A stretch of 64,000 nucleotides of DNA from an uncultured Eubacteriales bacterium (GTDB lineage Bacteria > Bacillota > Clostridia > Monoglobales > Monoglobaceae), in contig CAOKIL010000001.1 in assembly GCA_948468535.1 (NCBI GenBank), positions 23,422 through 87,421 of the forward strand, written 5' to 3'. The notes beneath the pieces were generated by a model, which was given only the letters and a program-made list of their open reading frames with translations, did not search any database and was not told the DNA's origin. Positions 21,075 through 31,542 of the stretch are shown piece after piece; the first letter of the stretch is position 1; each line of letters starts with the position of its first letter. A program made the position numbers and the translations under genes.

Positions 21075-22049
21075 TTATTTTAAATTTTCCTCAAAGAATA
21101 CTTTTAACTTATCAAAAGGAATGATACCAGTTTTATCATACAAGTCAGTATGAACAGCGTCAGTAATAATCAACAACTCTTTATTATCACCTGTCATCTT
21201 TACAAATGCGTCTTTGCTGAAATAACACGAATGTGCTTTCTCTCCGTGAATAACTAATACCGCGCTGCGAATTTCATTGATGTATGAAAGAATAGGCATA
21301 TTGATAAATGAAAGCGACGATGTAGTATTCCACCCGCCGTTAGAGTTCAAAGAGCGCTTATGATAACCGCGCTCTGTTTTATAGTAATCATAATAATCCT
21401 TTACGAAAAACGGTGCATCCTCCGGGAGCGGGTCAACAACTCCACCGCTAAGCTGATAGTTTCCGTTTTTATAATCCTCTGTTCTTTGAGCATTCAAAGT
21501 TTTGCGAAGCTCATAGCGTCCATCCACATCCATTGAATCAAAATATCCTTTTGCATTTACTCTTGACATATCATACATAGTAGACGCAACGGTTGCTTTA
21601 ATTCTGGTATCTATTGCTGCCGCATTCAGAGCAAAACCTCCCCAACCACAGATACCGATAATACCGATGCGCTCGGAATCAACGTTTTCGAGCGTTGAAA
21701 GAAAATCAACTGCCGCTGAAAAATCCTCAGTGTTAATATCAGGTGAAGCTACATAGCGCGGCTGACCGCCGCTTTCGCCTGTAAACGACGGGTCGAATGC
21801 AATAGCAAGAAATCCTCGCTCTGCCATTGTCTGTGCATATAGCCCCGAACATTGCTCCTTGACTGCGCCAAACGGCCCGCATACGGCAATAGCAGACAAT
21901 TTACCCATAATATTCTTTGGCTCATAAAGATCTGCCGCAAGAGTAATACCGTATCTATTATAAAATGTAATTTTTCTATGATTTACCTTATCGCTTTTCG
22001 GGAAAGTTTTATCCCATTCTTCTGTCAATATCAGTTTTTCATTTTTCAT
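21075..22049 (-). CDS. Alpha/beta hydrolase (YcjY-like, Cys nucleophile)
   Basis: GPFGAVKEQ, GESGGQPR, GICGWGG, HTDLYD. Confidence 0.88.
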   Translation of the reverse strand: MKNEKLILTEEWDKTFPKSDKVNHRKITFYNRYGITLAADLYEPKNIMGKLSAIAVCGPFGAVKEQCSGLYAQTMAERGFLAIAFDPSFTGESGGQPRYVASPDINTEDFSAAVDFLSTLENVDSERIGIIGICGWGGFALNAAAIDTRIKATVASTMYDMSRVNAKGYFDSMDVDGRYELRKTLNAQRTEDYKNGNYQLSGGVVDPLPEDAPFFVKDYYDYYKTERGYHKRSLNSNGGWNTTSSLSFINMPILSYINEIRSAVLVIHGEKAHSCYFSKDAFVKMTGDNKELLIITDAVHTDLYDKTGIIPFDKLKVFFEENLK

Positions 22050-22432
22050 ATTATTTTACCTCCATAGATTTTTTAATATATTTCAAACTGAACATTTACG
22101 CTTCCATTGCCAAGCGCAGATTTTAGTGCTAATACATTATCAATATAACCTATTCTTGTATAGCTGTAGAATGTTTTAAAAGTTTTGTAGAATATGACAA
22201 TATGGTTTGAGCTGTATAGCCTTGCCCCTCGCGTCTTTCAAGGTTTCAATAATCTTAAATTCTTATATCTGTTTTTCTGTCATAATCAATTACCTCTTTT
22301 TAATTTATTAATTAACTATATTATAATTGGTATTATCTTAAAATAGCAAATACTTATAAACTATACTTTATCATAGTTGACAGGAATGATAAAACAACAT
22401 ATAATAATTATAACGGATAAGGAGAGAATTAA

Positions 22433-23323
22433 ATGGAGCTTCGAGTTTTAAGATATTTTCTTGCTGTTGCACAGGAAGAAAATATAACAGCCGCCGCAGA
22501 GATTTTACACATTACTCAACCGACACTGTCAAAACAGCTTAAGGATTTAGAAAATGAATTGGGCTCAACTTTATTTATACGAGGGAAAAGAAAAATTACG
22601 CTTACAGATGACGGAATGTTTCTTCGTAAACACGCTCATGAAATAATAGCATTGGCAGATAAAACAGAATCGGCATTCAGAAATAAACACGAATTTGTTG
22701 GAGGAGATATTTATATCGGCGGCGGAGAAACCATAGCTGTCAGATATATTGCAAAGGCATTAAACGAATTACTTAAATTTTATCCTAACATACGCTATCA
22801 TTTTGTCAGTGGTGATGGTAACGATATTACTGAACAGCTTGACAAGGGATTGATTGATTTTGCCTTATTTGTCGGACTTATGGATTTAAAAAAATACGAC
22901 CATATAATATTACCAACAACTGACACTTGGGGGTTGCTTCTAAGAAATGACCACTCGTTAGCAGAGCATAAAACCATAACTCCAAATGACCTCATCGGAT
23001 TGCCTGTTCTTCATTCCAGACAGGCGTTTAGTCAGAATGAGCTGTCCGGCTGGCTTGGCTATTCACCGGATAAGCTGAATATAATAGGAACACATAATCT
23101 GGTATATAATGAGTCTATTATGGTAAAAGAGGGGCTTGGCTGCGCTGTTACTCTTGACGGACTTGCAAATACCTCCTCAGAAAACGGGCTGTGCTTTCGT
23201 CCGTTTGAACCGAAAATTACCGCACGTCTCGTTGTAGCGTGGAAAAAATATCAAGTATTTTCAAAGCCTGCTGAATTGTTTTTAAAGAAATTGCAGGAAA
23301 ATTTACGAAATTATATGGATTAA
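22433..23323 (+). CDS. LysR-family regulator
   Basis: MELRVLRYFL..ITAAAEILHITQPTLSKQL. Confidence 0.92.
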   Translation: MELRVLRYFLAVAQEENITAAAEILHITQPTLSKQLKDLENELGSTLFIRGKRKITLTDDGMFLRKHAHEIIALADKTESAFRNKHEFVGGDIYIGGGETIAVRYIAKALNELLKFYPNIRYHFVSGDGNDITEQLDKGLIDFALFVGLMDLKKYDHIILPTTDTWGLLLRNDHSLAEHKTITPNDLIGLPVLHSRQAFSQNELSGWLGYSPDKLNIIGTHNLVYNESIMVKEGLGCAVTLDGLANTSSENGLCFRPFEPKITARLVVAWKKYQVFSKPAELFLKKLQENLRNYMD

Positions 23324-23933
23324 ATCAGTTAAATATTATGTAACATAAACGGGAACTGTTCAATACAGTCCCCGTTTTGAAAATGTTGTTGAATATATTT
23401 ATTGCGAGTGTTATTTATCAGTTTTGCTACTGTAACCTTTTCATTTCCAACAGTTGGAACATTACCATAACCGATACTCAGAAACTTATTAATTCAGGAA
23501 AATTGAAGGGTAATGAAAACGGTGAAACGATGCTGACAAATGATATGATGCGGATTTTGACAATCATTGATAGATGCGGTATTTTTGATTAAAAAAAATT
23601 TGCTTAACTTGTGTCATGTGTGTGTCATACGATTAAATTTTGAGCAGTTCTGATGCAGTCTAAAAATTGAACAAACCTCACGAATATAAGGTTCATGGGG
23701 TTTGTAAAATGGAATGTAATTATCTGTTTGAGCTTTGAAGTGGCATCACATTATCTTCAAACCGCCATTGAAAGTGTCCCAAAAGGTTGGTGTTGAATTT
23801 ATGGACACATAATTTCTTATGAGTACTTTTATTTTTTGTATCTCTTTTGATGGTGTGTTGTGGTAGATTTGTGGTAGAAACGATATTAGCAAATAGCAAA
23901 AAACATCTAAAAATTTATTACAATATCTACTAT

Positions 23934-24479
23934 TTATTTTAAATAGTCTTCTATTACTTTATCAAAATTTCCAAACTTAAATTCCCCTTCAAATAGACCA
24001 TTATAATTTTTATAATAGTATTTATAATCGCTAATTGATTCATGAGATTTTATATACAATAAATCGTCGTTTACCAACTGCATTCTATCATTAATTTCCT
24101 GAGTGATTTCAACTAAATCCTCATCACTATATTTATTTAAAATTAGTCCGATTGAATCTTTGTGATGTGGCGATATAATATCATCTTTATACGTAAATCC
24201 TAAATATGGGAAATTGAATTCTTTTTCAAAATATAGAACATAGGTCTTATATTTTTTCATTTCCTTACAATTTAAACTTATATTTCTACCTTCAATAATA
24301 ATCTCAGACAAACAATGGAGATTTACAGCATTTACTCCATGATGAGTATTGACCTCATATTTTTGATATATGTCATCAAATAAGATTTTTTCACCTAGTA
24401 TTTCTGCTTGTTCATATAATTTTGCACATAAATCAGAATAGATGTTTGCTTGTGCTTTAAACTTTTCTCTAATATTCAT
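23934..24479 (-). CDS. Hypothetical protein (AT-rich cargo)
   Basis: 181-aa ORF with AAGGAG RBS; no recognised motif. Confidence 0.6.
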   Translation of the reverse strand: MNIREKFKAQANIYSDLCAKLYEQAEILGEKILFDDIYQKYEVNTHHGVNAVNLHCLSEIIIEGRNISLNCKEMKKYKTYVLYFEKEFNFPYLGFTYKDDIISPHHKDSIGLILNKYSDEDLVEITQEINDRMQLVNDDLLYIKSHESISDYKYYYKNYNGLFEGEFKFGNFDKVIEDYLK

Positions 24480-24514
24480 AATGTATCTCCTTTTATAAAA
24501 TAATTTATCAGTGT

Positions 24515-25240
24515 TTAAAGTATATTCAAATATTCATCTAATTGTTTTTCTTCTAATTCTGCAATAAATTCTACAAAAGGCTGAAAATCGTCTTTAACGG
24601 CATATTGTTCTAATGCGTTATAGTAATCAAGTCTTGCCTCTTTTTCGATTGATACAGGCAAATATCCTTGTGAGAGCAGTTGATAATTCATAAGCAGTCT
24701 GCTTGTGCGTCCGTTACCATCTATAAACGGATGTATTCTTACAAATTCAGCGTGTGTCCAAGCAGCAAGCTCTATCGGATTTAAGTCTGATTTGTTTTTC
24801 AGTTCTTCATAAAATCCTTTAATCTGCATATACATTTCATTTCCGACAGGCGGTGTAAATCCCGCTCCGCTTATTCGCATTTCTTGATTTCTGTATATAC
24901 CTCCGACAATTATATTTTCGGTCAGTATTGCGTGTAAATCCTTGACTATATTTTCTGTCAAAGGTTTACCTTCAGCAATACATTTTTTCACATATCCATA
25001 CGCTTTTTTATGGTTTATAACCTCATAAATTTCTCTAAGTTCTTTACCTCCGATTGAAACACCGTCCTCCAAAACTACCTTTGTTTCCATAAGCGTCAGC
25101 GTGTTTCCCTCAATGGCTGTTGAATTATGCGTAAATCTAAGCTCAAAGTCCTTTTCGTATGATGCAAGCGTAACAGAGCTTATTTTGCCCTTGTACTGCT
25201 CATATTTAGCTTTCTTCTCTAAGATACGGTTAAAATTCAT
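24515..25240 (-). CDS. Fic-family protein
   Basis: Canonical HPFIDGNGRTSR; N-terminal STAIEGN inhibitory-helix motif. Confidence 0.92.
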   Translation of the reverse strand: MNFNRILEKKAKYEQYKGKISSVTLASYEKDFELRFTHNSTAIEGNTLTLMETKVVLEDGVSIGGKELREIYEVINHKKAYGYVKKCIAEGKPLTENIVKDLHAILTENIIVGGIYRNQEMRISGAGFTPPVGNEMYMQIKGFYEELKNKSDLNPIELAAWTHAEFVRIHPFIDGNGRTSRLLMNYQLLSQGYLPVSIEKEARLDYYNALEQYAVKDDFQPFVEFIAELEEKQLDEYLNIL

Positions 25241-25414
25241 ACTCTGTCCGCTCCTTTAGTTATTTGCTCTTATTTTACCATATATTTTCTAAAAATACAA
25301 TACCAAGTCAATATCAAATATTTCAATCACATATTATCTCTGTGATATGCAATATCTGCATATTCCGATTTGAACGGCACATAGAAAAATTAAAAACAAA
25401 TGGAGGTAATTGAA

Positions 25415-26192
25415 ATGAAAGAAAAACAACTTGCTTGCTCCGTATGCGGAGCGACTTTAACATAGGAAACAAAACGAGAATTTGACGGACAGATAATGTG
25501 TGAACATTGTCTTGATGAACGGACAACAATATGCGAATGCTGTAATGACCGCATATGGCGTGATAATGCCGAAAGTGACGGATTTGAAATCGTTTCCCAT
25601 CCTATGACACTTGATTATCATATAAGCGGTATAGATTGGCTTAAAATCTTTAACAGAGCTGTTGAGATGGGATACCGTTCACACAACACAAGCACTTGCG
25701 GATTGCACATTCACGTCAACCGTTCAGCTTTTGGCAAGAATGCAGAAGTACAGGAAACTATAATCGCAAGAATAGTTCATTTTGTGGAAAAACATTGGTG
25801 GGAGATTGTAAAGTTTTCGCGCAGAACGGAGGATAATTTGAACCGTTGGGCGGCTCGTTATGCCACAATATCCGCAGAGGTACAAGACACATATAAAAAG
25901 GCGAAAGACAAACGACTTGGACGATATGTAGCGGGTAAATCTCGAAAACTATAACACAATAGAATTCAGACTATTCAGAGGTACATTAAAGTATAAGACA
26001 TTTTTAGCTACATTACAGCTTATTGATATGATTTGCCGCCTCGCAATTATGCTTGACGACAAATCGTTTGAGAGTATGTCTTGGTCTGAGTTTGTATTGC
26101 AGATAGGCAAAGACAAGCCTGAACTTATCGAATATCTGAAATCAAAGCGGCTTTATATAAATGAATTACCGACAGAAACGGAGGCGATATAA
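25415..26192 (+). pseudogene. Putative amidoligase-family pseudogene
   Basis: GFEIVSHP, TCGLHIHV and (second frame) VNLENYNTIEFRLFRGTL; in-frame TAG after codon 16 and a frameshift near 25933. Confidence 0.75.
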
Positions 26193-26193
26193 T

Positions 26194-27873
26194 ATGTGTG
26201 GACTTTACGGATTTTTACACTATGGAGATAATAAAATCAAGTATTTGAGCAATATTACAAACGCTCTTGCACAAGAGGCGGCTGTGAGAGGCACAGATGC
26301 AACAGGAATAGCCTTTAATGACAAAGGACGGCTAAGTATATTAAAAGAATCAAAATCAGCGTACAGGCTCAATTTTAAGCACTCCGACAATATATCTGCC
26401 GTAATCGGTCATACGAGGCATAGCACACAAGGCTCTGAAAAGAAGAATTACAACAATCACCCATTTTCGGGCAGATGCCAAAATACGCGTTTCGCTCTTG
26501 CTCATAACGAAGTTTTGATGAATGATACGGATTTACGCAAGCAGTACCGCCTACCAAAAAGTAAGATTGAAACCGACAGCTATATTGCGGTACAGTTGCT
26601 CGAACACAAGAAAAAACTTAATGCAGAAAGTATAAAATTTATGGCTGAAACTGTCGAAGGCAGTTTCAGCTTTTCTATTCTTGATAGCAATAATACAATA
26701 TGGCTTGTCAAAGGCGATAGTCCGCTGTCACTAATACACTTTCCTGATTTAAAACTGTATATCTATGCAAGCACTGAGGAAATATTGTGGAAAGCGTTGA
26801 TTGAAACAGATTTATTCTATCATCTTAAAAACGGAGTTGTGAATGTAACCACTCGTGAAATATATCTACACAGCTGCAAATGTGATTTTACAAGCTGTAT
26901 AAATGCCAGATATATCCCAAACGCATCAATAAATAATGCTCCTGCGTTTAAGCAATTCTGTCAAACGTCGCTTAATGGCGATTTGACAAAGATAAAATTG
27001 CTATTGCAGATTATAGGGTATATATGCAGCAATTATACTACTGCAAAAAAGGCATTTATGCTTATAGGGAAACCGAACAGCGGTAAATCAAAAATAGCTG
27101 AGTGGTTGGGAAATATAATCGGTGAGGACAATGTGTCAAATGTATCATTTGACAAGCTCGGCAATCGTTTCAATATTGCGGCTTTTTCAAGAAGCAAATT
27201 GAATATCAACGCAGAGATGTCACTTGAACCGATTAAAGATATTTCAATGTTCAAAAGTCTGATTGGCGGCGATAAAATCCAAGCTGAGGATAAAGGCAAA
27301 CAACCGTTTACTTTTAGTAACAAGTGCAAGTTTTTATTCGCTGGTAATGGGTTGCCCGTTGTTAAATCACAGGATACCACAGAGGCATTTATAAGCAGAC
27401 TTGTTATTCTGTACTTTCCCAATTCAATTTCAGAGGCGGAGCGGGATTTAGAACTATCTAAAAAGTTATATCACGAGAGTGACATTATATTCAGTCTTGC
27501 GGTAAATGAATTAAACGAGCTTGTTGAAAGCGGTTTTAGGTTTGAACTCCCACAGGAGGAAAGTGAGCAGTTACTTGAATATAAGGAAAACAGCACTCAT
27601 ATAGAGAGCTTTATTGATGATAGGTGTATATTATCGCCTGAACTGAAATCAAGCACAAAAACTCTATATGATGCCTATATAAATTATTGCAAAGATAATT
27701 GTTTCACACCATATGGGATGCAGACATTTGCTGCTGCTATACGCAACAGCAGAAATCTGACAAAAACCAAAATCACCGTGAATGGCATTCAAAGTCGAGG
27801 ATTTAAGGGGATTGATATTAAACAATATTATATTTATTTTATACCAAGATTCCGAAAGCAATTACATTGTTAA
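26194..27873 (+). pseudogene. In-frame fusion of a class II glutamine amidotransferase N-part and a D5/P4-type primase-helicase C-part
   Basis: MCGLYG, RGTDATGIA, GHTRHST and TDS, then from ~26818 LKNGVVN, Walker A GKPNSGKS, FKSLIGGD, FAGN. Confidence 0.75.
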
Positions 27874-27939
27874 TTAGTATTCAAAAATAGGTATCCCGTC
27901 TGTCCATAGTGTCAGCGAGACGCTAAAGGAGGAAAATCA

Positions 27940-28161
27940 ATGTCAAAAACGGTGTCTATTTCTGTTCGGCTTTCTTCGGAGCAAGATGAGATAATAAAAA
28001 GTCTTTCAAAAAGCTTGCGAATAAGCAAAGCAGAAGCAATCAGACAATTTATAGATAAAAATAAAATTATTGTTGTAGAAGGGTTTGCAGAGCTTTTACC
28101 AATGCTTGCCGTTCTCACATCAATCAAATGCTCAGAGTGGAAACGCTTCTCACGAGGATAA
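27940..28161 (+). CDS. Ribbon-helix-helix MobC-like protein, probably truncated
   Basis: ISVRLS..EQ...SKAEAIR pattern; AAGGAGG RBS; directly before the relaxase remnant. Confidence 0.55.
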   Translation: MSKTVSISVRLSSEQDEIIKSLSKSLRISKAEAIRQFIDKNKIIVVEGFAELLPMLAVLTSIKCSEWKRFSRG

Positions 28162-28191
28162 TATTATTTTGCGAGAGGCAGTGGATAAATT

Positions 28192-28923
28192 ATGGAAATC
28201 TTTAAAATTGTCAATCAAAGACCAATGAATTTGGAGCAGGTGATACAATATGCCGCTTCGGAAGATAGAGTAATTCCGCATAAAAATAATGGTTATATGT
28301 TGATAGGCGGAATTACAGATAATGCTGCTGACGCATTTATGCGAAATCAGATAATAAAAGAACTATAATAAAACCGGAGGCAGACAGTATATTCATTTTG
28401 TTGTATCACCTTCAAACGCTGATATAAGGACTATGTCAAAATTCAGCCAGCGTATTCTCAAAGAATTTGAGAATACGCTGGGACGTTTTACTGTGTTCAT
28501 CAAAACACAAAGCATATTCACGCTCACTATATCTTGAATAGTGTGGGGTATAATGGCAACAAGTTTTCTCAAAGTAAATCAGAAATGCTACTGCTAAAAC
28601 ATAAGGTCAGTGAGGTTTGGAATGAGATAAACACTTCTGACGATAGGGAAGTTGAAATTTCTTGGAATAAATATTTTGATGTGACAGATGAAAATATTTA
28701 TCAAAGCAATACAGGGGGATATGTTGATACGTCATATATTCCAAATATTGCTGACAATTACATACCTTAGATATACAGAGAAATCAATGGTATTTATTAT
28801 CCTGTACTTCCTTATTGTGAAAATGGGAAAATAACAATGATAATGCCATTAGATAAAAGCACCGATGTTGCACCGATGATTTTATTGGTTGAGGACAACG
28901 GCAGTTTAAAACTAGGATTTTAA
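28192..28923 (+). pseudogene. MOB-P-type relaxase pseudogene
   Basis: QYIHFVVS and CVHQNTKHIHAHYILNSV (HUH) motifs, with the surrounding reading frame broken by frameshifts and stops. Confidence 0.7.
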
Positions 28924-28940
28924 GTAAGGAGAAATTAAAA

Positions 28941-29132
28941 GTGGAAACGACAAATAATATTCCCCAAATTATGACAATACGTCAAATTGCAGAAACAGGC
29001 TTATTGCCTGAAAATACAATCCGAGTAATGCTTAGAAACGGATAAATACAAGCAGTATATTCCTGCAAAAAAGCATTGATTAATTTTGATAACCTTTGTG
29101 CGTATCTGCGTACATTAGAAGTTACAGATTAA
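28941..29132 (+). pseudogene. Excisionase-like HTH pseudogene
   Basis: MTIRQIAETGLLPENTIRVMLRNG*IQAV; in-frame TAA; directly upstream of the integrase. Confidence 0.65.
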
Positions 29133-29137
29133 AGTAG

Positions 29138-30330
29138 GTGAATAAATCGACACAAAAATCACGAAAAGTCGCTCCCGGCATAAGATGCCGGGGCGGCGGC
29201 AAATATGAACTTAATGTGTCGGCAGGCTATGACGGGGCGGGAAAGCATATACGAAAGTATACAACCTTTACTGCTCCTGAAGGCATATCCGAAGTCAAAG
29301 CAGATAAACTTGCAATCGAAGCTTTTACTGAATTTTCAAAAAAGGCAAAGGGCAATAAAGCCTTTGGTGAAAATATGCGTTTCAACCAACTTTGTGAGAT
29401 ATATTTTTCTGAATATGCTACAAACAAGCTCAAAAAAGTTACTGCCGAGCATTACAAATCAAATGTAAAAAATCATATTGCGCCTGTTTTTGGAAACAAG
29501 AAACTAAAGGATATAGCAACGTCAGATGTATCAGCATTTCTTACAGGTCTTGATTGCAAACCTCTGACAGCAAATAAAATTAAGATTGTTTTTCACAGCA
29601 TACTAAAATATGCTGTTAGTCAAAAATACATAGCATCCAATCCTTGCAGTGGGGCAATATGGAAAGAAAATACAGAGCGTGAGTATGATGAAATTGAAAA
29701 TGTGCTAAGCCTACAACAGGCACAAAAGCTAATGGAGTTGCTTTATGAATATAGCGCATTTAATACGATTATCAAGCTCCTGCTATTAACAGGTATGAGG
29801 TCGGGTGAATGTCTCGGACTGCGTTGGAGTTCTATAGATTTTGACAGCAAAACCATTTTTATAGATAAAACATTATCTTATGCGGAGAACGCATGGTTTT
29901 TATCAACACCTAAAACAGCACGAAGTACAAGAACTATATCAATAGATGATACAGCAATAAGTATTTTGAAAAAACATCAAGAAGAACAAAACAAACAAAA
30001 AGATATTGTCGGGGCGGCTTGGCAGTTGCCCGACATGGTATTTACTTCTTGTACAGGAATTGGTACGACAGAAGCTTGTTAAACTCACAGTTTAGACATT
30101 TTGTCAAGCGCAATAAAGATGTTTTAGGTCTTGACCATAATCTTACCATATATGGACTTCGACATACAAATGCGGCACTTCTGCTTTATGCAGGAGAGGA
30201 TATTGAAAACATATCAGCACACTTAGGTCATGCAAGTTCTGATATTACTTCAAGAGTGTATGCTCATATGTATGCTGAAGTTAAAGTCAGGATGGCAAAA
30301 ACTGTTTCACATGCTTTATTTAATAAATAA
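29138..30330 (+). pseudogene. Tyrosine integrase, frameshifted
   Basis: TGMRSGECLGLRW in the first ORF; YGLRHT, LGH and VYAH in the second; frameshift near 30050-30060. Confidence 0.88.
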
Positions 30331-30410
30331 TCATTTGTGGCAGAATTGCGGTAAAATAAAAAAACAAATCCCACAACCCTCGTGGTTGTGGGATTTTTGA
30401 TAACAAATAA

Positions 30411-30806
30411 TTATCTCTTTGAGAACTGCGGAGCGCGACGTGCGGCTTTGAGTCCGTATTTCTTTCTTTCCTTCATACGTGGGTCACGTGTGAGGTAACC
30501 GGCTGCTTTAAGTACCGGTCTGAACTCTTCATCTACCTCAAGAAGCGCTCTTGATATACCGTGACGGATTGCGCCTGCCTGACCTGTGAATCCACCGCCA
30601 TTTACGTTTACCAATACATCGAACTTTCCGAGTGTCTTTGTTGCATCAAGCGGCTGGCGAACAACCAACTTGAGTGTTTCAAGACCAAAATAATCATCAA
30701 TGTCTCTCTTGTTTATAGTAATCTTACCTGTGCCGGGCACCAATCTAACCCTGGCAACAGAACTCTTCCTTCTACCTGTTCCGTAGTACTGTACTGAATC
30801 TGCCAT
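30411..30806 (-). CDS. rpsI: 30S ribosomal protein S9
   Basis: [12 protein letters not shown] ... [12 protein letters not shown]. Confidence 0.98.
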   Translation of the reverse strand: MADSVQYYGTGRRKSSVARVRLVPGTGKITINKRDIDDYFGLETLKLVVRQPLDATKTLGKFDVLVNVNGGGFTGQAGAIRHGISRALLEVDEEFRPVLKAAGYLTRDPRMKERKKYGLKAARRAPQFSKR

Positions 30807-30826
30807 AATTATCTAAGTCCCCTTTC

Positions 30827-31261
30827 TTAAAACTCACGTGTCCACTCAATCGGAGATTGAGCAGCGTGTTCGTGCTTATCATCTGCGTAAATTCTCAGCT
30901 TCTTCATTGCCTGGCGTCCAAGCGTATTGTGCGGAAGCATACCGCTGATAGCGAGTTCCATAGCCTTTTCCGGACGCTTCTCCATCAAGTCTTTGTATGA
31001 TACTTCTTTAAGGTGACCGATGTAGCCTGTATGTCTGTACCACTTCTTCTGGAGAAGCTTGTTTCCTGTGAGAACAGCATCTTTAGCGTTGATTATGATA
31101 ACATATTCGCCGCAGTCAACGCCCGGTGTGTACTCAGGACGGTGCTTACCCCTGAGGATTGTAGCAGCCTGTGCTGCAACTCTTCCGAGAGGCTTGCCGG
31201 CAGCATCGATAATGTACCATTTCTTTTCGATTTCATTAGCTTTAGCCATATAAGTTGACAT
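30827..31261 (-). CDS. rplM: 50S ribosomal protein L13
   Basis: WYIIDAAGKPLGR, LRGKHRPEYTP, GMLP. Confidence 0.98.
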   Translation of the reverse strand: MSTYMAKANEIEKKWYIIDAAGKPLGRVAAQAATILRGKHRPEYTPGVDCGEYVIIINAKDAVLTGNKLLQKKWYRHTGYIGHLKEVSYKDLMEKRPEKAMELAISGMLPHNTLGRQAMKKLRIYADDKHEHAAQSPIEWTREF

Positions 31262-31374
31262 AGTAATGAATACCTCCTAATATTTAATAGTTAATTAATT
31301 TACACAATGAAAGACGTCCGAGGACGTCAACATAACGACTTTGCTATTATAATATGATTTTCAAAATTTGTCAA
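31262..31374 (-). promoter_or_regulatory. rplM promoter and candidate autoregulatory leader hairpin
   Basis: TTGACA(31374)-17-TATAAT(31351); GACGTC-CTCG-GACGTC hairpin at 31313-31328. Confidence 0.6.
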
Positions 31375-31542
31375 GTATTTTTATCAAAAAATTAATTTAT
31401 CTATTCAACATCTCTTTTTTTCTCATCTATTCTCATTATATCTCTTATTTACTCGCTCGCCATTTACGATTTTGTGCAGTTTGACGAAATACCAAAAATA
31501 GGGCGGAATTTAACTCCGCCCTATCATAATTTATCAAATTTA

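Larger units (their letters stand above)
23717..30423. mobile_element. Decayed integrative mobilisable element inserted at the rpsI 3' end
   Basis: 15/16 direct repeat TAATTATCT(G/C)TTTGAG at 23717-23732 and 30408-30423 (rpsI stop region). Arm-like TGTGGTAGA repeats near both ends; xis-int next to rpsI; relaxase and primase remnants. Confidence 0.85.

Noticed and set aside
22080-22283. RBS-ATG remnant upstream of the hydrolase gene
   Set aside because: Stops after a few codons; identity not supportable.
29138-30330. Programmed frameshift in the integrase
   Set aside because: No slippery site evident, and neighbouring mobility genes are also broken; decay or assembly error is simpler.
31395-31460. 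Second (G/U)AG-rich tract on the minus strand as a TRAP site
   Set aside because: Irregular spacing, and it lies upstream of the rplM promoter and after the SLH gene terminator, so it is probably not transcribed.
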